Source: a bacterium
GTDB lineage: Bacteria > Auribacterota > UBA3054
Assembly (NCBI GenBank): GCA_017963805.1
Contig: JAGCTE010000006.1
Span: 5,118-69,117, forward strand
Direction: 5' to 3'
Length of the DNA: 64,000 bases
Shown one piece after another: positions 7,758-15,679 of this stretch (positions within the stretch are counted from its first letter, which is position 1; every line of letters begins with the position of its first letter). The notes beneath the pieces are model-generated. The model was not told where the DNA came from, did not search any database, and saw only the letters and a program-made list of their open reading frames with translations. Position numbers and translations under genes: made by a program.

Positions 7758-9461
7758 TTAGCGCTGCTTGCGGGCGGCAAAGAGGCCTATGAGGGCCAGG
7801 ATGCCGAGGAAAGCGGGCTCGGGCAGCGTGCCGGACTTGATCAGCTCGACCTTGAAGTTGTCGATGTAGTAGCCGTCGGAGCCGCTGAAGGTGTAGTTGC
7901 GGAACTGCAGGAAGTTCTCGTTGTCGCCGGCGGCGCCGGGAACGTACTCGTTGTCAAAATGGTAGGTCTCGCCGTCGAATTCAGCGTAGTGCAAAACAAA
8001 GGGGCGGGATTCGTCGCTGGCAAGGCCGATGGTGAATGTGTAGGCCACGTTGAACCACTGGCCGTAGGGGGCCAGATTGGGAACGTCGACGTTCTTGAAG
8101 GGTTCGCCGCCCATCTTGATGCCGCCGGCGGTGTGGCTCATGCTGACTTCACCCATCCTGTGGGAGAGGTCGGTGCCGAAGACCAGGTACGGCGTGACGC
8201 CTTCCGGATAGTACATATCCATGGAGACGCGGACGTCATAGGTGGGATAGATAACGTCAGGCATGTTGACCGCGGTGTGGATCTGTCCGGCGCCCGTGAT
8301 CTTCAGGCACTGGTTGCCGGCGTCTTCGGGGTCGGCCGCGATCGCGTTAGCGGCGCCGGTCTCGCCCCAAGCGGGCTGAAGTTTGACATCGCCGCCCAGA
8401 GGCATTCTCTCGAAGTCCGTGGCGTAGAGCGCCCAGCCCAAGCCTTTGTTGCCGTTCTGAGCCACGACGGAATGCGTGAAGGATTTGTCTTCTTCGCCGT
8501 TGTAATAGGAATAGGTGATGGTGGCCGCGGGCATGTTTCGGACCTGTTCGGGCAGGTTGGCGGTAAGGCCGATGGACACGGGTTCACCGGGAGCGACTTC
8601 GACCTGCTTGGTGAACTCGCCGTTCATGGAGAGCCAGTTGTCATCCGAATCGATGTCAACGGTGACGGTGGCGGAAGCGCCGGTGGCGGAGATCACGGTT
8701 TCAAGGCCTTCGGCCTCACCGAGCTTCACGACGCCGGGAGCGCTGGCGGTCACGTTGGCGGTGGGAGGAACATCGACGAATTCGCATTTGAAATCATCGA
8801 TATAGATGCTGGCGCCGCCGCCCCAAAGGAACGTTCTAAAACGACGGAATTTGTCGGGAGCGGTCTGGCCGCCCATGGGGATGTTCAGATTTGAGTAGGT
8901 CACGTCGCCGAAGGTGCATTCGCGAAGGAAAGCGCCGTTGGCAACGGTGTTGAAGGTGTAGCTGAAATAGACCCACTCGTCGCGGGGCTCGGAATTGTCA
9001 AGCGTCAGCTGCGGGGAGGTCGAGCTGAAGCGAATGCCGAACTGGCCGTCTTTTTTGATCCAGTGGTTCTCGCCCAGGCCGTCGTTGCTGCCGAAGATGA
9101 TGTCGCCGGTGTATTCGCCGGAACCGTCGGCTTTCTGCGTCGGACGCTTGACCATCATGGAGACTTTGTAGTCATACTGGGAGGACTTGCCGCCCACGTT
9201 GTCAATGTCGGTGTGAGTGCCGAACAAATTGTCCTTGGCAAAGATGTGGAGGCACTTGCCGCCATTGTAGCCGCCTTCTTCGACGATGGCGTTGTTGTTT
9301 TCCGTCGCGCCGGTGTAGCAGATCGACCAGCCGTCGAGGCCGATGATGCTAGTACCCGCTTCATAACCTTCGAAATCGTTTTCGTAGATCGTGGAGGGTT
9401 CAGCCTGCGCCATAGCCGCGCAAAGCAGAAGCGCGGTGGTTAAAACTAGAGCTTTTTTCAT
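7758..9461 (-). CDS. Secreted PEP-CTERM (exosortase-sorted) surface protein, function unknown.
   Basis: Signal peptide MKKALVLTTALLLCAAMAQA. C-terminus SGTLPEPAFLGILALIGLFAARKQR is a PEP motif + TM helix + basic tail. Beta-rich G/T/S/D-rich body. Confidence 0.75.
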   Translation of the reverse strand: MKKALVLTTALLLCAAMAQAEPSTIYENDFEGYEAGTSIIGLDGWSICYTGATENNNAIVEEGGYNGGKCLHIFAKDNLFGTHTDIDNVGGKSSQYDYKVSMMVKRPTQKADGSGEYTGDIIFGSNDGLGENHWIKKDGQFGIRFSSTSPQLTLDNSEPRDEWVYFSYTFNTVANGAFLRECTFGDVTYSNLNIPMGGQTAPDKFRRFRTFLWGGGASIYIDDFKCEFVDVPPTANVTASAPGVVKLGEAEGLETVISATGASATVTVDIDSDDNWLSMNGEFTKQVEVAPGEPVSIGLTANLPEQVRNMPAATITYSYYNGEEDKSFTHSVVAQNGNKGLGWALYATDFERMPLGGDVKLQPAWGETGAANAIAADPEDAGNQCLKITGAGQIHTAVNMPDVIYPTYDVRVSMDMYYPEGVTPYLVFGTDLSHRMGEVSMSHTAGGIKMGGEPFKNVDVPNLAPYGQWFNVAYTFTIGLASDESRPFVLHYAEFDGETYHFDNEYVPGAAGDNENFLQFRNYTFSGSDGYYIDNFKVELIKSGTLPEPAFLGILALIGLFAARKQR

Positions 9462-9617
9462 TATGTGTTTCCCTTCCCTTGATTCAGGGGGTTGTGATTA
9501 ATTAGGATCTTCGTCCATTTTGATTTGGGAGATTCAGTTTATCATAGTGTTATCATTTTTGCAACTCGGCCTGTTTCTTTAGGGAAGGTCACGGGGAAGA
9601 AAAAAGACGTTGGCTTT

Positions 9618-9626
9618 TGGTATAAT
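9618..9626 (+). promoter_or_regulatory. Extended -10 promoter (TGgTATAAT) for the partner-switching operon.
   Basis: tggTATAAT at 9618..9626 matches TGnTATAAT. A Shine-Dalgarno aaggag lies ~6 nt before the ATG at 9656. No good -35, which is typical of extended -10 promoters. Confidence 0.45.
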
Positions 9627-9655
9627 TTAGGTGAATCTTTTCACAAAGGAGCTTT

Positions 9656-9955
9656 ATGACTTATGAGATCACCTCTCCTCCTCCGGATCTGACGGTCACC
9701 GTCCAGGGCCGCCTCGACACGCTTACCTCCCCCAAACTGGAAAGCGAACTGGAGCCGAGCATCGCCCAGGCCAAGAACCTTGTTCTGGATGTTACCGGCG
9801 TGGATTACCTCTCCAGCGCCGGGCTGCGCCTGCTTCTTACCTTGCAGAAACGTTTCAAAAGGGAAGGCGGCAGCTTCAAGCTTCGCGGCATCCAGCCGGG
9901 CGTGATGGAGATACTCCGCATGACGGGCTTTTTGAAGATCCTATCCGTTGAATAA
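9656..9955 (+). CDS. STAS-domain anti-sigma-factor antagonist (SpoIIAA/RsbV-like).
   Basis: 99 aa. Conserved phosphorylatable Ser context DYLSSAGLRLLL. First gene of a 3-gene operon with a PP2C phosphatase and an anti-sigma kinase. Confidence 0.8.
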   Translation: MTYEITSPPPDLTVTVQGRLDTLTSPKLESELEPSIAQAKNLVLDVTGVDYLSSAGLRLLLTLQKRFKREGGSFKLRGIQPGVMEILRMTGFLKILSVE

Positions 9956-9964
9956 GCCTGCTTT

Positions 9965-11827
9965 ATGCGCCGATCATTTCAATTGTGGCTTTTTGTTTCC
10001 GTGGCGCTCGCTTTCGCCGCGCTCTTCTATCTGACCTATTACCTTCAGACGAAAGAGGCTTTCGGTTCCGCGGAAGCCATGATCGAACTGAGGATGGACG
10101 ACGCCAAGAAGCAGATCGCCATCAACGAGAACAACCTCAAAGCCGTGCTTGACATCTGCAACGCCTCGATGGCCAACGACGTCAAGACCGTGGCTTATAT
10201 CCTCTCGTGCGCGCCGGCCTTCGCCACCAACGCTTACAAGCTGGAAGAGCTGCGCCGCGTCATGGGCTACGACGAGGTCCACATCATCAACAGGCACGCG
10301 CTTATTGAGAACAGCGCCATCGATCCCGTCCTTGGCAACGCGGAAAACTACATCGGCTTCAATCTTAAGCTTCACGCCCAGTCCGAACCCTTCGTCCACG
10401 GCATCGGCAAGCAGGATTTCGTCCTGGTCCAGCCGCCTCTGCCCAGGGGAATGGACCGCAAGCTCTTCCAATACGGCGGCGCTTCCAGACTCGACGACGA
10501 AGGCATCGTGCAGCTTGGCATCTCCGTCAGCTTCCTGGAAAAAGCGATGGAAAACAACAGTTTGGCGACCCTTTCCCCCGGCTTGCGCATCGGCGTTGGC
10601 GGAGAGATCCTTATTGTGCGCGGCGAAAAGATCGTCGGCGCCGCCAGGGTCGACCTTGAAGGCCGCACGCTCACCTCCGTAGGATTGGATCCCGAGCTCA
10701 TATCCAAGCTCCATCAGGGCGAGGGCTCTTTTTCCGCCGAGATAGACGGCGTGGATTTCTTCGGTTTGTATGTTCAGAGCGGCGACCTTACGCTCCTTGG
10801 CGTTATGCCTACCTACGAGGTTACGAGGAAAAGGAACAGCATCGCCATCCAGCTTGTCATTTCCGCCCTGGTTTTGATGCTGGTCGTCTTCCTCTCCGTT
10901 TCGAAGCTCGTCCAGGTCATAGTTATAGACGGCATCGACCGCATCAACGCTTCCCTTGGACGCATCACGGCCGGCCACCTCGACGAGAAAGTCACGGAAA
11001 ACCGCTCCAAGGAATTTGAGGAGCTCTCCGGCGGCATCAACACGACGGTGGAAGCCCTCAAGGGCGCCATCGCCGCGGAAAAGACGAGGCTGAACAGCGA
11101 GCTGGAATTCGCCCGAGCCGTCCAGATCTCCGCGCTGCCCCAGATCCACGACGACCCGCGCTTCGAGATCTTCGCCTCCATGGAAGCCGCGAAAGAAGTC
11201 GGCGGCGACTTCTACGATTTCTTTATCGTTGACGAGTCGCACCTCGCCTTCCTTATCGCCGACGTTTCCGGCAAAGGCATCCCGGCCGCCATGTTCATGA
11301 TGAACGCCAAGGCGCAGCTGAAATCGAACATCCTGAACAACCCCCAGAAGCCGCTGGACGAAGTGATCTACGAGGTCAACAACAGCATCTGCGAAGGCAA
11401 CGACGCCTGCATGTTCGTGACCGTCTTCGTCGGCGTCCTCGACCTTAGAAGCGGGCTTATGAACTATGTCAACGCCGGCCACAACGCCCCCATCATAAGG
11501 CGCGCTAACGGCGACGCCTCCTGGCTGCCCGTGGAAAACGGCTTCGTGATAGGCGGCATGGACAGCGTCGACTACATCCAGGAGTCCGTCACCCTCTCTC
11601 CCGGCGACGGCATACTCCTTTACACCGACGGCGTCACGGAAGCCATGAACCGCCAGCTCGCCCTCTACGGCGACGACAGACTGATATCCCTCATGGACGG
11701 CCCCATCATGCGCTCCGCGCCAACCGACTGCATTCTTGGCGAACTGAAAAGCGACGTTTCGGCCTTCGCCGACGGCGCCCCTCAATCTGACGATATAACT
11801 ATGCTCTTCCTGCATTATTTGGGATAA
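9965..11827 (+). CDS. Membrane sensor PP2C-type serine phosphatase (SpoIIE/RsbU family) with an N-terminal periplasmic sensor region, TM helix and HAMP-like linker.
   Basis: The C-terminal PPM domain reads FEIFASMEAAKEVGGDFYDFF, AFLIADVSGKGIPAAMFM and LLYTDGVTEA. There are N-terminal and internal TM segments (LWLFVSVALAFAALFYLTYYL; IAIQLVISALVLMLVVFLSV). Confidence 0.8.
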   Translation: MRRSFQLWLFVSVALAFAALFYLTYYLQTKEAFGSAEAMIELRMDDAKKQIAINENNLKAVLDICNASMANDVKTVAYILSCAPAFATNAYKLEELRRVMGYDEVHIINRHALIENSAIDPVLGNAENYIGFNLKLHAQSEPFVHGIGKQDFVLVQPPLPRGMDRKLFQYGGASRLDDEGIVQLGISVSFLEKAMENNSLATLSPGLRIGVGGEILIVRGEKIVGAARVDLEGRTLTSVGLDPELISKLHQGEGSFSAEIDGVDFFGLYVQSGDLTLLGVMPTYEVTRKRNSIAIQLVISALVLMLVVFLSVSKLVQVIVIDGIDRINASLGRITAGHLDEKVTENRSKEFEELSGGINTTVEALKGAIAAEKTRLNSELEFARAVQISALPQIHDDPRFEIFASMEAAKEVGGDFYDFFIVDESHLAFLIADVSGKGIPAAMFMMNAKAQLKSNILNNPQKPLDEVIYEVNNSICEGNDACMFVTVFVGVLDLRSGLMNYVNAGHNAPIIRRANGDASWLPVENGFVIGGMDSVDYIQESVTLSPGDGILLYTDGVTEAMNRQLALYGDDRLISLMDGPIMRSAPTDCILGELKSDVSAFADGAPQSDDITMLFLHYLG

Positions 11828-11842
11828 ACAAGGAAACGACCT

Positions 11843-12253
11843 ATGAACGTAGCTGTAACTCTGCAATTCTCGGCTGAAACTAAGAACCTCCCCAACGTTC
11901 TGGAACAACTGGACACCCAGCTTCTCGCCGCGGGCTGCCCCGAAGACGCCAGGATGCAGCTGGCCGTAGCCGTGGAGGAGATCTTCGTCAACATCGCCAA
12001 CTACGCCTACGAGGGCAAGCTCGGCTCCGCCACCATAAACATCAAGGCGGACGCCCACAAAGCGACCGTTTCCTTCGCTGACAGCGGTTTCCCCTACGAT
12101 CCCCTGAAGAAGGAAGACCCCAATATCGAGCAGGCCGCGGAGGACCGCCCGATAGGAGGGCTCGGCATCTTCCTTGTCAAGGAAATGTGCGACGAGGTCC
12201 ATTACGAGCGCCGCGGGGACATGAACCTTTTGACCATCGTCAAAAAGTACTGA
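11843..12253 (+). CDS. Anti-sigma regulatory factor / serine-protein kinase (RsbW/SpoIIAB-like, HATPase_c).
   Basis: 136 aa. GHKL ATPase motifs (EEIFVNIANYAYE; DRPIGGLGIFLVKEMCDEV). It is operonic with the STAS and PP2C genes. Confidence 0.75.
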   Translation: MNVAVTLQFSAETKNLPNVLEQLDTQLLAAGCPEDARMQLAVAVEEIFVNIANYAYEGKLGSATINIKADAHKATVSFADSGFPYDPLKKEDPNIEQAAEDRPIGGLGIFLVKEMCDEVHYERRGDMNLLTIVKKY

Positions 12254-12256
12254 CCT

Positions 12257-13231
12257 TCATTCCACTTCGCGAAATTCCCCTTTCCCGTGGGAGGCTACCC
12301 TTTTTAAAAAGGCGCAGCCGCGTTCCGCTTTTTCCCTTCTCTTTACGCTTCCGTCCCTCATGGGCCTGTAGGCGATAGCGTTTATCTGCGTCGCTTTCTC
12401 CCTTCTGCTTTCGTCAATCAGAGCCATTATCCTTCTTTCGTGGACGATTTCGTCCTCGCCCTGCAGGTACGGCGGGTCGTCGCTTATCAATACGACCGCG
12501 TCGGGCTTAAGGGAGAGCGCGAACTCCAGGGCTTTTATGGGCGTGCTGCCGCTGGTGTCGGGGTCGTTGCCGCGGTTGACTTTCATCTCCTTGGCGAGCC
12601 AGGAAGAGAGTTCCCTTTTGGCGCTCTTGGTGGCGAAACAAAGGTTAGTTCGGAAGGGGAACTTCCCGTCCGTAAAGAGCACGACGTTGAAGAGCGTGTC
12701 GGGATGAAAAAGCTCCACGGTCTTCTCGGCCTCCTTCCTCACCGCCTCGAAAACGCCCTTCTGGACGATCGAGGAAGAGGAGTCCACCAGGATAACGATC
12801 GATCTAGCGGCGATCCGTTGTCCCAGGAACTCTATCTCGCCCCAGCCGTCGCCGCCCTTGGGCGCCTTACCGAGCCCCGCGTCCCCTAGGGAAAAGCTCA
12901 GGTTGTCGCTGAGGGAAAGCCCTTCGCTTTCCCTTTTTACGTTGGGCTTGACCATCTCCGGTTCCGGCAGCGCAAGACTGCTCGTGTCGCACTTGGCCGA
13001 GACGCGCATGTTTTTGGCCATGCTCTGCCCGTAGGATGCCGCCTTCTTGCACTGCAGCCTGTGCTTCAGTTCCCGGGCTTTCAGTTTCGGCCCGGCCGCG
13101 CTCGCCGTGAAGAGCGGTTTCGGCGGCTTTACAGCCCGATAGACTACTATCCCTCCCGCCACGAGAAAGAGGGCAATATGGATGCCTACGCTCACAAAAA
13201 GGCTGCCGTAGCGCGAAAAGTCAATCTTCAT
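12257..13231 (-). CDS. TonB-like N-terminal membrane anchor fused to a von Willebrand factor A (vWA) domain. Last gene of the ExbB-ExbD-ExbD cluster.
   Basis: Single N-terminal TM (LFVSVGIHIALFLVAGGIVVY) and a Pro/Lys-rich linker, in the position where TonB normally sits. The C-terminal domain has a vWA MIDAS-like start (IVILVDSSSSIVQKG ... LFTDG ... VLISDDPPY). Confidence 0.6.
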   Translation of the reverse strand: MKIDFSRYGSLFVSVGIHIALFLVAGGIVVYRAVKPPKPLFTASAAGPKLKARELKHRLQCKKAASYGQSMAKNMRVSAKCDTSSLALPEPEMVKPNVKRESEGLSLSDNLSFSLGDAGLGKAPKGGDGWGEIEFLGQRIAARSIVILVDSSSSIVQKGVFEAVRKEAEKTVELFHPDTLFNVVLFTDGKFPFRTNLCFATKSAKRELSSWLAKEMKVNRGNDPDTSGSTPIKALEFALSLKPDAVVLISDDPPYLQGEDEIVHERRIMALIDESRREKATQINAIAYRPMRDGSVKRREKAERGCAFLKRVASHGKGEFREVE

Positions 13232-13664
13232 CTTCCCCGCAGCTGAAAGTTACGTTGGTTAACCCGGCCTTGTGGCAGCAGTCCAAGACCAGCGCGATCC
13301 GTTCGTGGAGCGCTTCGTCATCGGCGGAGACCGAGACCAGGGCCGGGATCTTAGCGCCCCGGGAAGCCGCTTGGAAGCGCAGCAAGGTCTCTGTGAGCTC
13401 GGCGAGGTCCCGGCTTTTGGCCCTAACGAAGGTCTGCCCGTTCAGAACGACCGCTCCTTCTGGGTCGATCTCTATGACCTGCTCGTCCGGCATGACGACC
13501 GCTTCCGTCTCACGGCCTTCCCCAGGCAGGGAAAAACCCAAGTCCCCTTCCGTCTTGTTCAAAGAGCAGGCGGACATAAAATAGATCAAAAGCAGAAAGG
13601 TGCAGTCTATCATGGAGGAAATGGGAAAGCTGATCTTGCCCGTTTCTTTCTTTTCTCTTCTCAT
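13221..13664 (-). CDS. exbD: ExbD/TolR biopolymer transport protein.
   Basis: 147 aa. N-terminal TM with the conserved ISSMIDCTFLLLIYFM block. Confidence 0.8.
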   Translation of the reverse strand: MRREKKETGKISFPISSMIDCTFLLLIYFMSACSLNKTEGDLGFSLPGEGRETEAVVMPDEQVIEIDPEGAVVLNGQTFVRAKSRDLAELTETLLRFQAASRGAKIPALVSVSADDEALHERIALVLDCCHKAGLTNVTFSCGEDED

Positions 13665-14074
13665 CAGCTCTCCTCGTAGACGGAAAAGATTATCTTCGCG
13701 AGCCCCGCTTCGCCGCAGAGCTTCACGAATTTTTTCGTCACCGCGCTCTTGCTTCTTCTGTCAATCCTTAAGAGCACCGTGCCCTTGGGCGTCGTTTTCG
13801 CGAAAGTTTCCAATTCCTTCTTCGCTTCCTCAACGTCGACCTTCCTCCCATTGATAAGACAGCTCTCGTCACTAAGGATCGTCAGCGCGCAGAAGGCTTC
13901 CTCGCCTTCCCTCTTCCCGAAATTCTTGACTTCCGGCAGCTCCAGCTCTTCCGGCGTATTTAGATTCTGCATGGTGGCGCTGCACATGAAGAAGATGAGA
14001 AGCAAAAAGACCATGTCGATCATGGGCGCCATGTCCAGCTCACACTCCGCTTTCTTTTTCCTTTGCCGCAGCAC
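13664..14074 (-). CDS. exbD: ExbD/TolR biopolymer transport protein (second copy).
   Basis: 136 aa. MAPMIDMVFLLLIFFM block. Confidence 0.8.
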   Translation of the reverse strand: MLRQRKKKAECELDMAPMIDMVFLLLIFFMCSATMQNLNTPEELELPEVKNFGKREGEEAFCALTILSDESCLINGRKVDVEEAKKELETFAKTTPKGTVLLRIDRRSKSAVTKKFVKLCGEAGLAKIIFSVYEES

Positions 14075-14843
14075 TTCTCCTCCTTTTCGGTCTCTCTTTT
14101 TCCTCCTCTTCCTCCAGGCCCAGCCTTATCCTAACTTTCTCCCTGGCCAGCCCGGATCCCGCGTAAACGTCGATTAGTTCCGTCGCCTTGGAAAGCAGCT
14201 CCCTTTCCCTGATGTCGAAACGGCTCTTTAAAACGAAGAAGAAGACCATGGCCGGGATGCCGACGACTAACCCCGCGGCGGTAGTAAGGAGCGCCTCGCC
14301 GATGTCGCCCGCCAGCAGTTCCGGCTTGCCCATCCCGCCCAGGCCTATCTTTGAAAATGCTTTGATCATGCCGGAGACCGTTCCCAGAAGCCCCAGCATC
14401 GGGGAGAGCGCCGCGATAGTCGAGAGCAGATTGAACCAGAACTGCATCACGATGCTTTTCCCCTCCCACTTTTCGATTATCGCCTCTTCCGCCTGCTGCC
14501 GCTCCTCTTTGTCGAGAGGATACTTCAGTTTTTCGACTCCCGGCGTCATAACGACAGCCAAAACGCTTTTGCCGATCGCCAAGAGATCCAGCGCCGCGTG
14601 TATGTCGCGCCTGTAGAGCGCCTCTTCCAAGCGCTCCGGAAGGCCTTTGGGAATAAATTTTCCCTTGCGCGTCTCGAAGAAACTGTAGACGGTAAGCCAG
14701 ACCACGACGCAGGAGCAGAGCGCCAGAGGGTACATGAGAGGCCCTCCCGTCTTGAAAAGCCCCAAGGCGGTGGTGCTAAGCGATTCCTCTTCCCCGAAAA
14801 CGGTCATCGCGGCGAAAGCAAGTATGGTAAGCAAAGATCTCAC
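14040..14843 (-). CDS. exbB: MotA/TolQ/ExbB proton-channel protein.
   Basis: 267 aa with three TM helices. Conserved LGLLGTVSGMIKAF and ALLTTAAGLVVGIPA blocks. Confidence 0.85.
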   Translation of the reverse strand: MRSLLTILAFAAMTVFGEEESLSTTALGLFKTGGPLMYPLALCSCVVVWLTVYSFFETRKGKFIPKGLPERLEEALYRRDIHAALDLLAIGKSVLAVVMTPGVEKLKYPLDKEERQQAEEAIIEKWEGKSIVMQFWFNLLSTIAALSPMLGLLGTVSGMIKAFSKIGLGGMGKPELLAGDIGEALLTTAAGLVVGIPAMVFFFVLKSRFDIRERELLSKATELIDVYAGSGLAREKVRIRLGLEEEEEKERPKRRRSAAAKEKESGV

Positions 14844-15679
14844 GGCAAAAGCTCCTCGGTGTAATTGTTGATCAAATGTGTTTTGGTGTAGCGCTCCCCG
14901 ATCTCCAGCCAGCGCAGGATGAGCTTCCTGTGGCGGCGGAATTCGGTTTCCTTGTATTCGTTGGTCAATACGCCGGCTAAGCGGACCGCCGTTTCCATGT
15001 CGCCTGCTTTTAAGGCGCAGACGCTTCCCAAGAAAAGGCCGTCCGCCCCGACTTTCCTTTCCAGGGCGAAGAAAAGGTGCGGCGGCAGAAGGTAAAAGAG
15101 CGCGTTCCTATAATCTTCCTCCCCGTATAGGATCCGGCCCATGTAGTAATGCCAGAGCGCCGCCCCTTCGTCGGAGCCTTTTTCCCACGCATACCTTTCC
15201 AAAGCCTCCCTTGCCTTTTTGAGATCCCCGGTCTTCCAATAGCAGATCCCCAGATACAGTCCCGCCATTTCTTCCTGGCTCTTCAAAAAATAGCGCTTGG
15301 CTTCCTGATAGCGAGAGCAGTTGAAAAGCAGTTTCCCGTAGATATAATACGGCGCCTCCGCTCCGCCCGGCCAGCTTTCGGCCCAGGAATAAAGCTCCCA
15401 CAATTCATGCCCCCTTTCCAGCGCTCGTTTTCTTTTCGGTCCTTTGCGGTAAACCGTTTCCGAAAGCTCACGAAGCTCTACCGGATCGCTTAGCCTCAGT
15501 TTCGTCACCTGCTCCTTTTTCGCCCGGCATTTCATAAGGGATCCGTCCTTGGCGTAGCGCTCGTAAACGATCGCGTTCTCCTCGTGGGTCAGCAGTCTTC
15601 CGCTGAAACTCTGCCCGGACTGCAGCGTCAGCCTTATCGGCAGCGCAACGGACAGCAATATCCAATAGGGCTTTCTCAT
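14840..15679 (-). CDS. TPR-like repeat protein immediately upstream of exbB.
   Basis: Helical TPR-like repeats (YYMGRILYGEEDYRNALFYL; YLGICYWKTGDLKKAREALERY). The start was chosen at MRKPYWILLSVALP (signal-like) so it does not overlap the upstream TPR gene. Confidence 0.5.
   Translation of the reverse strand: MRKPYWILLSVALPIRLTLQSGQSFSGRLLTHEENAIVYERYAKDGSLMKCRAKKEQVTKLRLSDPVELRELSETVYRKGPKRKRALERGHELWELYSWAESWPGGAEAPYYIYGKLLFNCSRYQEAKRYFLKSQEEMAGLYLGICYWKTGDLKKAREALERYAWEKGSDEGAALWHYYMGRILYGEEDYRNALFYLLPPHLFFALERKVGADGLFLGSVCALKAGDMETAVRLAGVLTNEYKETEFRRHRKLILRWLEIGERYTKTHLINNYTEELLP

Noticed and set aside
9974-12202. 742-aa ORF antisense to the PP2C phosphatase and anti-sigma kinase genes
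   Set aside because: Gly/Asp/Val/Ala-rich low-complexity translation typical of the reverse frame of GC-rich genes. It overlaps three well-supported plus-strand genes with recognisable motifs.
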